In this document: positions 12,527 through 25,736 of the stretch, piece after piece
How the letters are laid out: each line of letters starts with the position of its first letter
Numbering within the stretch: position 1 is the first letter of the stretch
DNA from: Gnetum montanum
Lineage: Eukaryota > Plantae > Gnetophyta
Assembly: GCA_015680685.1 (NCBI GenBank)
Contig: MNCI01001687.1
Coordinates: forward strand, 222,255-286,254
Length of the DNA stretch: 64,000 nucleotides
Reading direction: 5' to 3'
Program-made: the position numbers and the translations under genes
Notes under the pieces: generated by a model
Seen by the model: only the letters and a program-made list of their open reading frames with translations
Database searches by the model: none
What the model was told of the DNA's origin: nothing

Positions 12527-15500
12527 AACTTAATTTTATCAGCAATATCCACCCATTGTTGCATGAAGAAAGTGGAGGTGGAAGCATTAGCTTGAGACTC
12601 CATAGCTACAAAAAATGTAATGAATGATTAAAAACTATGGATCAAGGTTATATGAAAAGAAGCAAATATTATATACAGAACATGTAAAATCAAAAATCTC
12701 AAGTACCTTAAAGATCCTCTGTTGTGATGGTAAGAGGTTCACCTAAATGTAAACCCTCAAAAAAGGCATTGAAGTTGTTCACTAAAGGATGGGATAGACC
12801 CTCATACTCATGGTGTTGTAGTGCTTCCTCCTCTTGAATACCTCTTTTTGCCTTAGTTGCTACTACCATTGCTATGCTCACCTACTCCTCTTGCTTGCCT
12901 ACATAAACAACAACCATAAAACATAGAACATGTTAATACATTTTATCTACATTACCAAAATCATAACTTAAAATATAACTTTGAAAAAATTAGTACGACA
13001 AATAAAATATACTTTTAACTCCATCCTACACTCGATTAAGCTTGACAATCAATCTCCTCTTTAAGGGCTCCTCTACAACTAGCATTGCCTCATCAACTAA
13101 AGGTTTCTTAAGTTTTTCTAAACCATTAGCTTTGATAAGAAACTTCATAGCCTTTTCCATATTCCCTTATTTAACATAGGGACCCCTCCCCATGCTATCA
13201 AGGGATGCACAACATTTCTCATCAAAGATTTTGGTAGTGATGGATAGCAATTTTCCCACATCCTTTGGTGGATCTTGGCATGCATAGTCTAAAAAAGAAA
13301 CCTTATCCAAGGCTTGGCAAGTTGGGATGGATCATGAGTTACCCATCATCCATCCTTCCTCACTATGAGGAACTTTGCAAATCTCCATATGTAAGCTACA
13401 GAGAATGTGAAGTGCACATGACACTTCATTGTGAGACTTTCTTAAAGCTTTAGGATTTTTGTTTGTAGCCTAGAAACCAAGTGAGCAATGCAGTTGAATT
13501 AGAAGCCCTCGATTAGGACCTTCTTCATGGTGCGTGATTACCGAATGTCCATTATCTTCCCTTGCAAGAGAAACATACTAAATGCATGGGATTGGAATAG
13601 GAAATACATCTCTCTAGCCTCTGGGACTTGGAACTAGTTTAGAGAGAATTCCTTGTTGTCATAGTTTGTGTTTAACCACTTCTGAAATTCATCTTGGTAA
13701 TCCACCTCCTTCACTACTTTGGCGGTAACCATTACATCCTCATTGGGAATACCAAAGAGATTACTAAAAGTGAATTTGTTAACATCCAAGGTAATAGTCA
13801 CACTGTGAACATGGATGATGAACCTCTTGATCCCTTTGATAAAATAATCAATGATGTTAATAATTTCCTTAGTGTAAACAATGGGGCTTTGTGCCATGAA
13901 GATGTTAATTAGGCTTGCATGAATGATCCTTGTCTGAATAGCCCTAGATGCATGATCAACCAACCAATATTTGGTAGGTTCCGCCTCACTAAACTTAAGG
14001 GTTAATCTCTCCTTAGTTTATCCTAAACATAATAGAAATAGCCCATTAGTCTTGACATAGGTACATCATGTGAAACAAAACATAACTAAAACACCACCAA
14101 TTTTGGGCTTCAACACTTCAATAGCAAATTTTCCTAAGTGTCAAAGCACAGAAAAGTTTTCTAAGTGTTGGTGCTACACTCCCCAGTATAGCCAGCATAA
14201 CATGCATCAAGGGCAGTTCTGCCAAAAGTTTCTAAGTGTTGATAGTGGTTGCATGAAATTTTTTTACAGTGTCATGCTAAACCCTCACTCTACTTGCTAT
14301 TCTCTTTAGTGTAGTCAGCATAGCATACACTTCCATGGCTAGTTTTCCCAAGTTCCAAGTAAGAGGTGGTAAAGGTTGCTTAGGATGAATGAAATAGTTT
14401 AGCAAATTTTCTATCTCCTAGGTTGCCATGCTTTCTACACTCCCCAACATAGCCAGCATAGCACATGTCCTAGTGGCTAGTTCACCTAAGTGCCAAGCCA
14501 CAAGCTACCAATATTTCTTGGGATGGAAAAAATAGTTCCACAAATTTTCTATCTTTTGGGTTGCTACACTCTACTACGTTGCCCAACATAGTTAACATAG
14601 CATATCTTTCAGTGCCTAGTTTTTCCTTAGTGTTAGGAAAAAGGCTATCAAGCTAGATCAACATGGAAGAGATATTTTGGCAAGTTTTTAAACTCCTAAT
14701 GCTACCTCTCCTACTACACCTTAGAGCGTAGCCAATGTAGCTTGAAGGAGAACTATAGATTTTTTTAAATTTTGGCTAAGTGTCCTTGCTACACTCTAGA
14801 TTGTAACTACCGTAACTAGTGTTGGACATCAGGTTTTGCAAAAATTTGATTAAGTGTTGTGTTATGCTCTAGATTGTAGCTAGCTTGACATTCAAGACAA
14901 GCCTCTGATAGCCTCCAAAAGCCTTTAGAACTCAACATCAACCTTCATCTCAGCTCTAACATTCCTTTAGCAAGCAAGATCAGCAATTTTCATCTCTTTT
15001 GCACCCTCCATTAGTCCCCAAAATTGTTCCTATGCTTGACCCTACTTGAAAGAGGGTAAGACATAGTCGTAGAGCATATCCACCTTAATAATCTTAAGGG
15101 TTAATGTCTCCTTAGTTTGTCCTAAAGTGATTTTGGTCACTTCAATTAATAAAATAGCTTCCTAAACATAACAAAAATAGCTCATTAGTCTTGACATAGG
15201 TACTTCATGTGAAATAAAACCTAATAAATATAGCTGAATTAAAACTAGCATAGCCATTAAACCAACCAAAAAATAAATAACTCAATAAATCAACAAACCA
15301 ATATACCCACTTTGTGTATATGATAAAGACATCCTTGGAGCTCTAGGAGATGGGTTTGCTTCTACAATATGAGATGTCTCACATTAGTTAAACACCTTTG
15401 GTAGGCCTTAGGATGATGTTTGATATAATTATCAAACTCATCCTTTAGTTCATCCATAACCTTAAGCCTTATTATTGGGCTTTTGGTGAACACCCCCATC

Positions 15501-17650
15501 ACCATTTGGGCCAAGGATAAAAGGTTATCATTCTTGATCAATCCTTCATCATTTACCTTATACCTGTAGGAAAGTGAAACAATGAAACTATTAAAACTTC
15601 ATAAGAAATGAAAAATAGAAAATAAATCATAAAAAAAAATTATAACAATTACACATACCCCTCTATATGGTAGACAATTCCAAGGTATTTTTGAACAAGG
15701 TACACACACAATGGCCAACTAGCAAGGTGTTATTCATGTTCTACTACATGAACTCAAAAATCTCCAAATTTTTGATAATTTGTGAGTCCCCATAGTGCTA
15801 GTGTCATCATGTGCTTTACCCTCTACATGGACCTTAGTATTGTCAACTAGGAACTAGATGATCATGTTGGAAGACCAAGGCACAGTGGTTTCAACAATAG
15901 CCACAACAATTTTGGAAGCTAATTATGACAAAATCATCACACTAAAGTTATGAAGTAGATGGATAAGGAACTCCCTTCCTCCTAGCCTAATCAACAAATG
16001 ATTTTCCCACTTAATGTTATCAAATGGGGTATTGGGACTAGGCACATGAATGTAGCACAAGACATCCACCAGCTCTAAAATAAGCAAGATGAGCTTCAGG
16101 AAGGCCCTTTATCATCCAACACATAACTATCACAACCTTGTACAAACTAAAATTAAAACTTTATAATGTCAAAAACATTACAGTTACCATGTCACATGAC
16201 CATAAAAACCTATGTCTAAAACCAAATAACACTTCAATATAGAAATAACACTTCGGAAAAATATTGAATGAAATACTTCAAACTTAATGAAAATGATAGT
16301 TTAAAACCAAAAGTATGAAAATGACTATTTATAACTAAAAGCATGAACTTAAAAATTTAAAAATAAAGACATGAAATTGATAAGTGTATAACTAAAATTT
16401 CAATTTTCATGTTAACTTCCATGCTTAGAAAAACTCAAAATACAACCTATGTCAATAAACCAAAATTCAACAAAATTGAACAACAACAACATCAAAACTA
16501 CAGTGGTTACCATAAAAAAGTAACAAAAAATATTAAAAAGTTTTTAATTTCACATAAACCATCTCTAAGCCCATCCAAATGCATGCTATTCCTAAGATCA
16601 TGTGACATTAATTGGAAAAATTTTCCAGACTTTCAATGTTGCCCATCTTCACAGGGGTAAATGCATAATAGACATGAAACCTTAATTTTGTGTGAATTTA
16701 CAAAAATATTCATAAAAAATTTAGTACTTAACAAAATTTGATGATTCCATAGTTTTTGGATTAGTAAAACCATGAATTATAATCCCATAACAAGAAAACA
16801 TAAAACTTCTTAACCAATTTCTCAAAAAAAAAAAAGAAAAAAGAAAAAACAAATATGACCTTACCATAGCTATCGTAACTAAAACCCCATTTCATGCAAG
16901 TCAACCGAAATGATTTCTAGAAGCAAACTGTTTAACCAGATTTGATGATTCCACCACCATTGGAATCCTTAAGCGATGAACTAAAAATCCATAGCCATAA
17001 AATACAAAAGTTCAAAACCATTTACTATAAAAAAAACACCAAATTTACACTAGAAAATAGCTAAAAATGGAAAACACACTTGAAACAGCCTAACAAAAAC
17101 AACCCTAAAAAATTAATCATAAGGCAAAATTAAGTGGTTCAAAAATTAGATTCACTAGAAAATAGTACAAAATAACCCATTATCCTTGAAAATTAGAAAT
17201 CCTAGCCATGTCCTTCTAAAAAAATTCATAAATGACATTGCTTCTTGGGTGGAAAAAAGTAGAAAACCCATGGAATTCATGAAAACTACCATTTATTCCA
17301 CAATAGAAACAAAATCCAAATCACAATTAATCCTAAAAATGAACTACAATTATAATGGGCGTTTTACAAAATTCCAAACTAATGAATACACAAGCATACA
17401 TTTGAGAAATGAAATAAATAGAATAAACCCAATAAATGGAATAAAGGGGAAAAATAGGTAAGGTTGTGTATCTAGGATAAAAAGTAGTGGTACCTTCTCA
17501 AATCCTAGGATAGGAGAGGTGTGATAGATGATGAGAAGCTACATCTATCTCCTCGAACAGGGTTTCTCCTAGATGCCTTCCTTCTTGACATGTGTAGAAG
17601 ATTAGTGCAGAAAACACTAGAAAATCTAGGAATTTTGGTAACCCTAGGGA
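12527..17650 (-). pseudogene. Antisense accessory gene of E3 (FCP1/NIF-like and PMD-like exons), degenerate
   Basis: Minus strand ~16110-15930 reads LKLILLILELVDVLCYIH...LIRLGGREFLIHLLHNFSVMILS. ~15740-15660 reads MNNTLLVGHCVCTLFKN followed by a GT donor. ORF 13634-13963 (ASLINIFMAQSP...FSNLFGIPNED) is homologous to E5 37827-38366. Confidence 0.75.
14160..14890. repeat. Degenerate tandem array in an intron of the E3 antisense gene (units ~80-145 bp with GCTACRCT...CAGCRTAGC motifs)
   Basis: Recurrent ctaagtgttg..gctacactccccagcatagccagcatagc blocks at ~14170, 14290, 14435, 14570, 14712 and 14788. Confidence 0.65.
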
Positions 17651-17899
17651 TCTATGCTGGTAGTGGTGACTAGAATGGTTGTGACTACACTAGTGATGGT
17701 AGTAGTATTAGGCACAGAGCTCACAACCTAGGCACAATATCTAGGAAGGATGAAAGAAATAATGATTTTTGCATGTTTGCCAATAATAAAACAACATAAA
17801 CGTAAGCATCCATCTTGGAACCCTAGATTTCATGAATGACTCCCACTACACTCAATGATAGATTTAGCAACATAGAGTACATTAGATGTAATAAATCTA

Positions 17900-20570
17900 C
17901 TCTAGGACAAACCTGCTAAATCCATGTAGGCCTGACTAGGCACTAGGTAAAAAAGCTAATTCTAAGATTACATTAGGATTTTGGACTTCTAGGCTTGACT
18001 ATGTTGGGGGTTTACACCCATGAAGCCTTGGAATAGATGATATATTCCATTCACTCCCAAACTCAATCACTAGTCCTCTATCCATGCTAAAAAATCTTGT
18101 GATCAAGATGGGCAAGTAAGTGTTGACATAAGTCTAAAATCAGTTGCCAAAAAAACTCAAGGTTTATTGAACAACTTGGTATTCCGTGAGACTATGCTAG
18201 CCTAGGACCTGACTACACCAACCTAGCATAGTCAAATGGAATATGAGGCATTTCACCAATTCTAAACAACTCATTCATACTAACCATTGATCCATGAAAC
18301 CTCATACATAAGCTAGCAGCTAGGAGATAGGATTGGGAGTCACTGGGCAGATAAATGATATTAAATCTTACTAGAAACTAGATATTTGGTCTAAATAAAC
18401 TAGGTAAAGGCATGAATATGCTAGCTAAGCATAGTTAAGAATTAAATAGATCATTTCCCATTCACGCAACCTCTAATCAATTCCAAACATTCATGCCATA
18501 TTCCCAAACCCTTGCTAGAGCTACCAGTAGCCTCAAAACTTAGTTAAATTCATAAAATTATGAAGAAAGCTAGTCAAAGTACATGACTATACTAGAGGAA
18601 GGCTATGACTACACTAGCCCAATAATAATAGAGTTTGCAAATGGGATTGATTATTGGAACCATTATAAACTTTTAAAACTTTACTTCACAGCCTTGAAAT
18701 TGCCCAGGATCCCTAGTGACCTTAGAATATTAACCAATCAATTAAAAAACATTCAAGAATCTATGAAAATTCATTTTCCAAGCATGACTACACTAGGCTA
18801 GCATAGAAACTATTGGTGCCCAGTGTAGTCCATATAAAAGCCTCAAATAAATCATCGACAAGTCCAAATCTACCTACAAATATCTCAGGAACATTCCAGA
18901 CTAAAAATAGAGGTTAAAACTCATCATTTCCCACACCAAATTGCATTTTCCAAAGGTGACTATGGTAGGAATTAGATGACTATGTTGGGCTAGCATAGTC
19001 ATTGGTGATGCCAAGAATAGTCCACATAGAAACCACCAAAGTTGATCATAAACCACTTAGATCATCTTGTGGAAAATATTAGAACCTTATCAAAGCCTAT
19101 TTGACCATAAAACTCATCTCTTTTCACTATTTTTTATATTTCCCAACCCCAAATATTTTGGGGATTGCTTGATTATGTTGGACAAGTAGTTATTGGTGGT
19201 GCCTAGCATAATCCACTTAAGATTAAAATAAATTTTCCACAAATAACTCAAAAATCACCTTTGAAAGTCTTTTGATCCTATAAAAACCTTTTTTGGCCAT
19301 AAAACATAGTATTTTCCATGCTCCAACCCCCAACTATGCTGAAATTTGCATGGTTACACTATTTTAGCACAATCACTAGTAGAGCCCAGTGTAGTCCACT
19401 TGAGAAATATCAAAATTATCCATAAACAACTCAAATTGTCCACCCAAAAACTACCAAAGCCTATGAAGACATAAAACCCTTAAAAATCAAATTAAAACTC
19501 ACCATTTATCAGTCCAATATTGTTAACTACACTAGAATTTCCATGACTACGTTGGGCCAGTGTTTTCATCAAAAAAACCTAATATAGTCTACTTGGAAAA
19601 GCCTAAAACATGCTAGAAGTAGCCAAAATCAACCCTCAGAAAGACTTAGAACCCTACAAGAGCTTGCTAAGGCCTTAAAACCTTGGGAAATGAACCAAAT
19701 TTCATCTTTTTCCATTATAAGCCTCTTTACTATGGCAGGTGTTGCATGGCTACATTGGCCCACCATAGTTAAGATGTAACTAGCCATTCCAGGATCCAAA
19801 CAAATTCTAGAACTAACAATTTTAACAATAAAACACTATCTAGTAGCACCAGTGATCTTGAAAGTCCATTACCATGGTTGATTAGGTAAATAAATTCACC
19901 AAACATCATTTCCCATGCATGAATACATTGGGGAAGCCTTGTGACTACACTAGCCAAGCATAGTAATAGTGGAAACTTATTTTGTATTAACATCAACTCA
20001 CATTATACCACTCTAGAATGAACCAAAGCTAATTCAGGAAGCCTAGAATCCTATCCCACCTCATCTAGCTAAAATTGCACTCTAATTCAACCTTGAAAAC
20101 ATTAAATTTCCTATGACTATTATGGCATCATGAATAATTACACTTGCCCAACTTAGCAAAATGGGAAATCCCATAAAACTTAGTTCTATTTTCCAAATTC
20201 GACCTTTAGATAGGCAATTTAGTCCTTCCATGACCCATCACTAACCTGGAAAGCTTGTAGAGCAATACAACCAGCCTTGGAACCCTAGTAATTCACTCAT
20301 TCCATGTGACTATACTTGGGCCTATCATGACTATGCTAGCCTAGTGTAGTCACCAATGGAAACATCATTTTCAACTTTTGAAAGCTAGAAAATAGAGTCA
20401 AAACACGCCAATCCTCAATACCAAACCCCTATGCTAGCTATCTTGACCATTAGAAAATTGAAAGTGATCACATTAAGCTTGGGAAACCATCCATTAGTAT
20501 TGAGTATGTTGGGAAATGCATGACTATGTTGGGCAAGTATACTCACCAGTAGAGCCCAATGTAGTCATAA
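17900..20570. repeat. Degenerate ~192-bp tandem array between the E3 antisense gene and pol
   Basis: Decayed palindrome GACTACGCTGG-N-CCAGCGTAGTC recurs at ~18786, 18978, 19172, 19354, 19545, 19750, 19943, 20138, 20330 and 20522. Looser copies occur upstream. Confidence 0.75.
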
Positions 20571-21274
20571 GAAAAAGTGCCAATTTTACCTCAAAAAAGC
20601 CTTAGAATGATGTCCTCATGTGCCTAAACTCCCTTGGAAATCCTATAGCCTTATACCATGGCCCACTAAGGCCTAATACTAGTAAAATATTATCTTGTTT
20701 ATCTAGTATTGACCAAGTTTTTCCACGTAAATTCTATTTTGATGCAATTGACCTTGTTTATGGTGATTTGTCTTGTTTTAATCCTATTGAGCATTGTTGA
20801 CATTCATTATCATTAGTTTCCATCATGTAGCCTCCACATAATCTTAATTTCCTTATATTTACCTTTTTTTTCTCTATTATGGCTTATGTTTACCATTGTT
20901 TAGCCTTTGATTGATGTTAAGTAATGGGGTTTGACCATCTCTAACCATCATTTGATACCATGTAACTATGCCTTGCCAAGGCCTTTAACTCGCAAAACAT
21001 AACCTTAGTTGACCATGTTTGGCCTTATTTCCTATAATTTTATGATATTTCAACTTGTTTTGACCTTTATCTGCGTTTATTTGGCCTTTATTCTATCTTA
21101 TTTATCTTCACCTACATTCCATATCCTTGGTTGACCTGGTTTGCATTTTATTTGAAAATGGAATACCATGTGTTCACATATTTAGTAAGGTATTTTATAT
21201 TATTTTAACATCATTTACTCATTTTTACCCAAGTTCCAATTAATGTGCTTATGGTTAACATGTAAGGCTAGAGT

Positions 21275-24200
21275 ATGGACACCTAAAAGAAAATCACCTT
21301 ACCTTTGATTCTAAGTGGGTCCCATGATGATATTGAATAGAGTATTTGATATTAATTACCTAGATTTTGAACCTAAGAGTCTCATTAATTACACAGCCTC
21401 TATAGAAAAACCTCTATAATGGCCTAAAAACCTAGTTAAGACCCTTAAGCTTGAGGATGGTGACATTACTGAAGACTCTCTAGTTCAAGTTCCTATCACG
21501 ATACATAGTAGTGAGGAGAAAACCCTAAAACTAAGTTTCTCATTGGCACCTTAATAGGCTCAAAACATCACCAAGGTCCTACAGGATAATATTATAAAAT
21601 TTTCCTAGTCATATGAAGATATGCTAGGTCTAGACATATGTTTAGTCCAGCATAACATCATACTTGATTTAGAATTAGACTAGTTTAGCAAAAGCTTTGT
21701 AAGATTACACCTGATTTGGGGTTAGGAGTTTGTGATGAAATCAAAAAACTAGACGAAGTTGGTTTCATCAAAGCTTTTGATTAAGCATAATGAATTTCCA
21801 ACATATTGTTAGTCCCTAAGAAATATTGAAGTATATGTATTTTCATTGATTTACAGGATCTAAATAAGGTAACCATCAAGGATTATTTTCCTTTGCTTAG
21901 TATTGACTAAGTTATCAATACTACAGGTAGTCATGCATTATTCTCCTTTATCAATGGATTCTTAGGATATAATTAGATTAGGATTAACCTAGAGCATCAA
22001 CTTAGTATGAATTTCATGACCCCTTAGGGTACCTTATGTTACACCATGATGCTCTTTTTCCTAAAGAATGTAGGATTAATCTATGGTGTATATTTTTACT
22101 GACTATATTCTAGGTTTCCTTAATGATTATGTAGATGATATAGCTATTAAGTTTAAAGTGACTAATAACCATGCACATGAACTTAATCTTATACTTAAAT
22201 GATCTCTCAATTATGAGCTTAGGCTTAATTCCAAGAAGTGTGTCTTTCATGTGAAAATTGGTAAGATGCTGTGCTTTGTAGTGTCTGAAGCATCGATACG
22301 TGTCAATCCTCATAAGGTTAAAGCTATTTTCAACTTGGCAACAACTAACGGTAAGGCGATTTAGGGACTATAAGGTAGATTACAATTTATCCATAGATTT
22401 ATCGCTAGGATTACAAATAAGTTAATATAAATTCAACACTTGCTTAAGAAATTAGTTCCCTATGAGTGGACGGCTTAATGCCAAGAAGCATTTGAGAACC
22501 TTAAGGAAGATTTAACATAACTATTGATAGTCTATCCACTACAAAATGATAAGTCCTTTTACATGTGCATTACTATCTTTGACATGTCCATTATCTCTCT
22601 ACTTTGTTAGAAATGAGATGATGGAGCAAAATTTCTAGTATACTACTTAAGCCATGCATTAGTTTCCCATGATATCTGATACACTGAAGTAGAGAAGTAT
22701 TTTCTAGCTCTAGTCTTCTCATTGATGAATTGGTGATACTACCTATTTTGTAGCCAAGTCAATGTCATCTACAAAGATAATTTGATTAGGATCATAATGA
22801 CCAACATTTATGAGAGTAGCCATATAGCTGATTCAAAAGCCATAACAATGGAGTTTAACCTTCATTGCATTTCTCAAACCTCAATGAAGGATGAACCTAT
22901 AGCTGTACAACTTACTATTTCACCTATAGAAGACCATGTAGACATAGACCTAGAATTCCCTAATAAAAATTTCCAAATTGCTAGCAATGTGCCTAAGGGT
23001 TATGAGATAGTCATGCACTTTGATGGAGCTTCAACTACACCTAGCGCTAGTGTCGCTACCATCATAACATTCTTATTTGTTGAAATCCAATTCTTCATCT
23101 ATCATTTTGAATTCCCATGCACCAAAAATGTAGTAGAGTATGAGGGTTTGATCTGAGGATGATGATTGCTCATGACCTAAGAGTAAAACTCTTAAATATT
23201 AAAGATGATTCACAATGTGTGGTCAACCAAGTAACCAAGGTTTACATTTGTAAAGCCAAACAACTTCAACCTTACTATGACCTAGGAAATAAACTACTAC
23301 AACAATTTATAGACATTAATATCCAACATATATCCCAACCAAAAATACTATAGTTGATTTCATTACAACATTAGTCCTTAATGTGATGCTATATGTGTTT
23401 AGCAAGTTATCTACCTTATTTGTGGACTATGCCATTCCCATCACACAGAGCACTGAGGATACTTTTGTGCCCATAGTTCATAATGCTCCTACCAAGGAGT
23501 GGTATGATGATATCATGTTTTACCTTACGTATGATGAACCTTCACAATGCCTAACTATTTCTCAAAAGTATGTTGTACATAAATGATCAAAATAGTATGT
23601 CATAGTAGATGATAACACATTATGTTGATGGTCCTACAATGGCATATTGTTAGCATGATTGGGTAAAACCAAAGCATGCATAGTCCTAGAGAAAGTTTAG
23701 GAGGGTGTATGTAGGGGACATATAGGACATAGAGCCATGGTTACTAAGATCATATGCTTAGGCTATTATTGGCCTTATATGAAAAGCGATTTCCTATAAA
23801 AGGTTAAAACTTGTGACACATGCCAATGTCATAGCAACCTTATACATGTACCATCAACTAAGTTACATACCAATCAAATAACTTGGTCCTTTTAATGATG
23901 GGGGTTAAATATCATTGAACCTATAATACCTAAGTATTTCATAAGGCATATCTTTATCATCATTGCAATTGAATACTTTAAAATGTGGGTTGAAGCTATT
24001 CCCCTAAGAAGGAAAATGTCTAAACAAGTCTATAGATTCATATTGGACAACATAGTAGCTTGTTTTGGTATACCTATGAGCATAGTTACAAAGAATGAAC
24101 TATGGTTTAGGAGCCAAGAAATTAAAAACTTTTATCATGACCTAGGTATTAAGCATTCCTTTTTTTTTATCATACTAACTTCAAACTAATGGATAAGTTG

Positions 24201-24742
24201 AAGCAAGCAATAAATCAATCATAAACTTGCTCAAGATGATGTTGAACAACGATAGATGAAGGTGGCATGAGTGGCTTGTCCATGCACTTAGGTCTTATAG
24301 AAAAACCTATCGAAATATAATTGGCATAATCCCATATAGCTTGTTTTATGATTTTGAAGCTATTTTACCTCTTAAATTATAGGTTCCATCACTTTGATTA
24401 GCCTTATCAAAATTTATCAATGATAAATAGAACAAGGGACTGTGTACCATGAACTTGAACTTAGTGGAGGAGTAAGAGGTTCACACAGTTACTCACATTG
24501 AATGATATCGAGAGAGGAAGAAACAACAACAACATCATACCCAGAACAAGCACAAGATCAAGGAAGGAGACTTCATTCCCAAAGTTTTCTAGGAGCATGT
24601 GAACAAATTCTCAGCCAACTAGGAAGGGCCTTTCATAATTACTAAGGCCTACCATAATGGAGCCTTTAAGATAGTAAATATGGATGGGAATGAGCTCATT
24701 AATCCAATCAATCATTTCTATATAGAGCCCTACTATATGTAG
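21275..24742 (+). pseudogene. pol: Degenerate RT-RH-aRH-INT ORF of E3
   Basis: DYFPLLSID, DYVDD (~22125), aRH motifs MHFDGAS / KNVVEYEGLI / DDSQCVVNQV (ORFs 22782 and 23159), integrase CRGH...CDTCQ, WVEAIP and NWEGPF-like. Confidence 0.9.
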
Positions 24743-25736
24743 ATTGTGAACTATATGGATGGGATAGCTTACATGACCTCTTTTTGTACAATAAATGAAT
24801 TGTGGAATTTTGTAACATTGATGACCTATGGTAGCCTGGTTTACTAATCATTCTATATGGCCTTATGCATTATATTGTAACAACATAATTTTTTGGTTTG
24901 TTTTTCTTATTCTCTTAGAATTGTGCTTACAAGATGAATGATGGAGTCATCATGGAGGTGTGTCACATTACAGTGGCAAGTCATTATGTAACCTCGATGC
25001 AAGAGATTTAGTGAGTTTGTCATGTTGTATCAAAAGTGTTTGTTTCATCTCATTTCCATTACCACTTCTTCAATCCAACTTGATAGCCTAATTATAACCT
25101 TCATCATCCTAAGTAATAGTGATGATAAATGTTTGATATTCATGCTTTATGATCATATGACATCCCTTGTCCATGCTCTTTCATCAAGTACATTGAGTGT
25201 AATACATCTCATTCTATGGAAAAACAAAATCAGAATTGATCTTGGTAATGAAACATAATGAAGTTTTTACCCTAAACAAAAAAAATGAAAAAATGGGAAA
25301 ACAAATTATGAAGAAGCTAAAAGGCCTATAAGAACCAAAATATAAACTAATGGCTCCAAACATGTAAAGGAAGAAACCTAGTGGCTAAAAAAACTTTGGA
25401 ATGAGATGTTGGTTTCTCAAATGATTGGCTAAGGAACCAATTCTTCAAAATGTGAATTGTAAAGAACTATTAGTTAACCAACATGGCATTACAATATCAT
25501 AGTTATGATATCAACATTTGGAACTCATTCTAAAGTTTGTACCTATTTCCATATAATCAATGATATCCCTTACAGTAATATTATCCCATCATCATCACAA
25601 GCATGCTTTGGTAGAAATTAACATTACTAAATCAAACATGTAGAGGGAAAACTAGTAAAGGACTTGCAGTGGTGTTTTGTATTCTTTGTCAATGTCTCTT
25701 GGGTCAATCCTCTAAACATCAATAAAGAGGGGCCAA

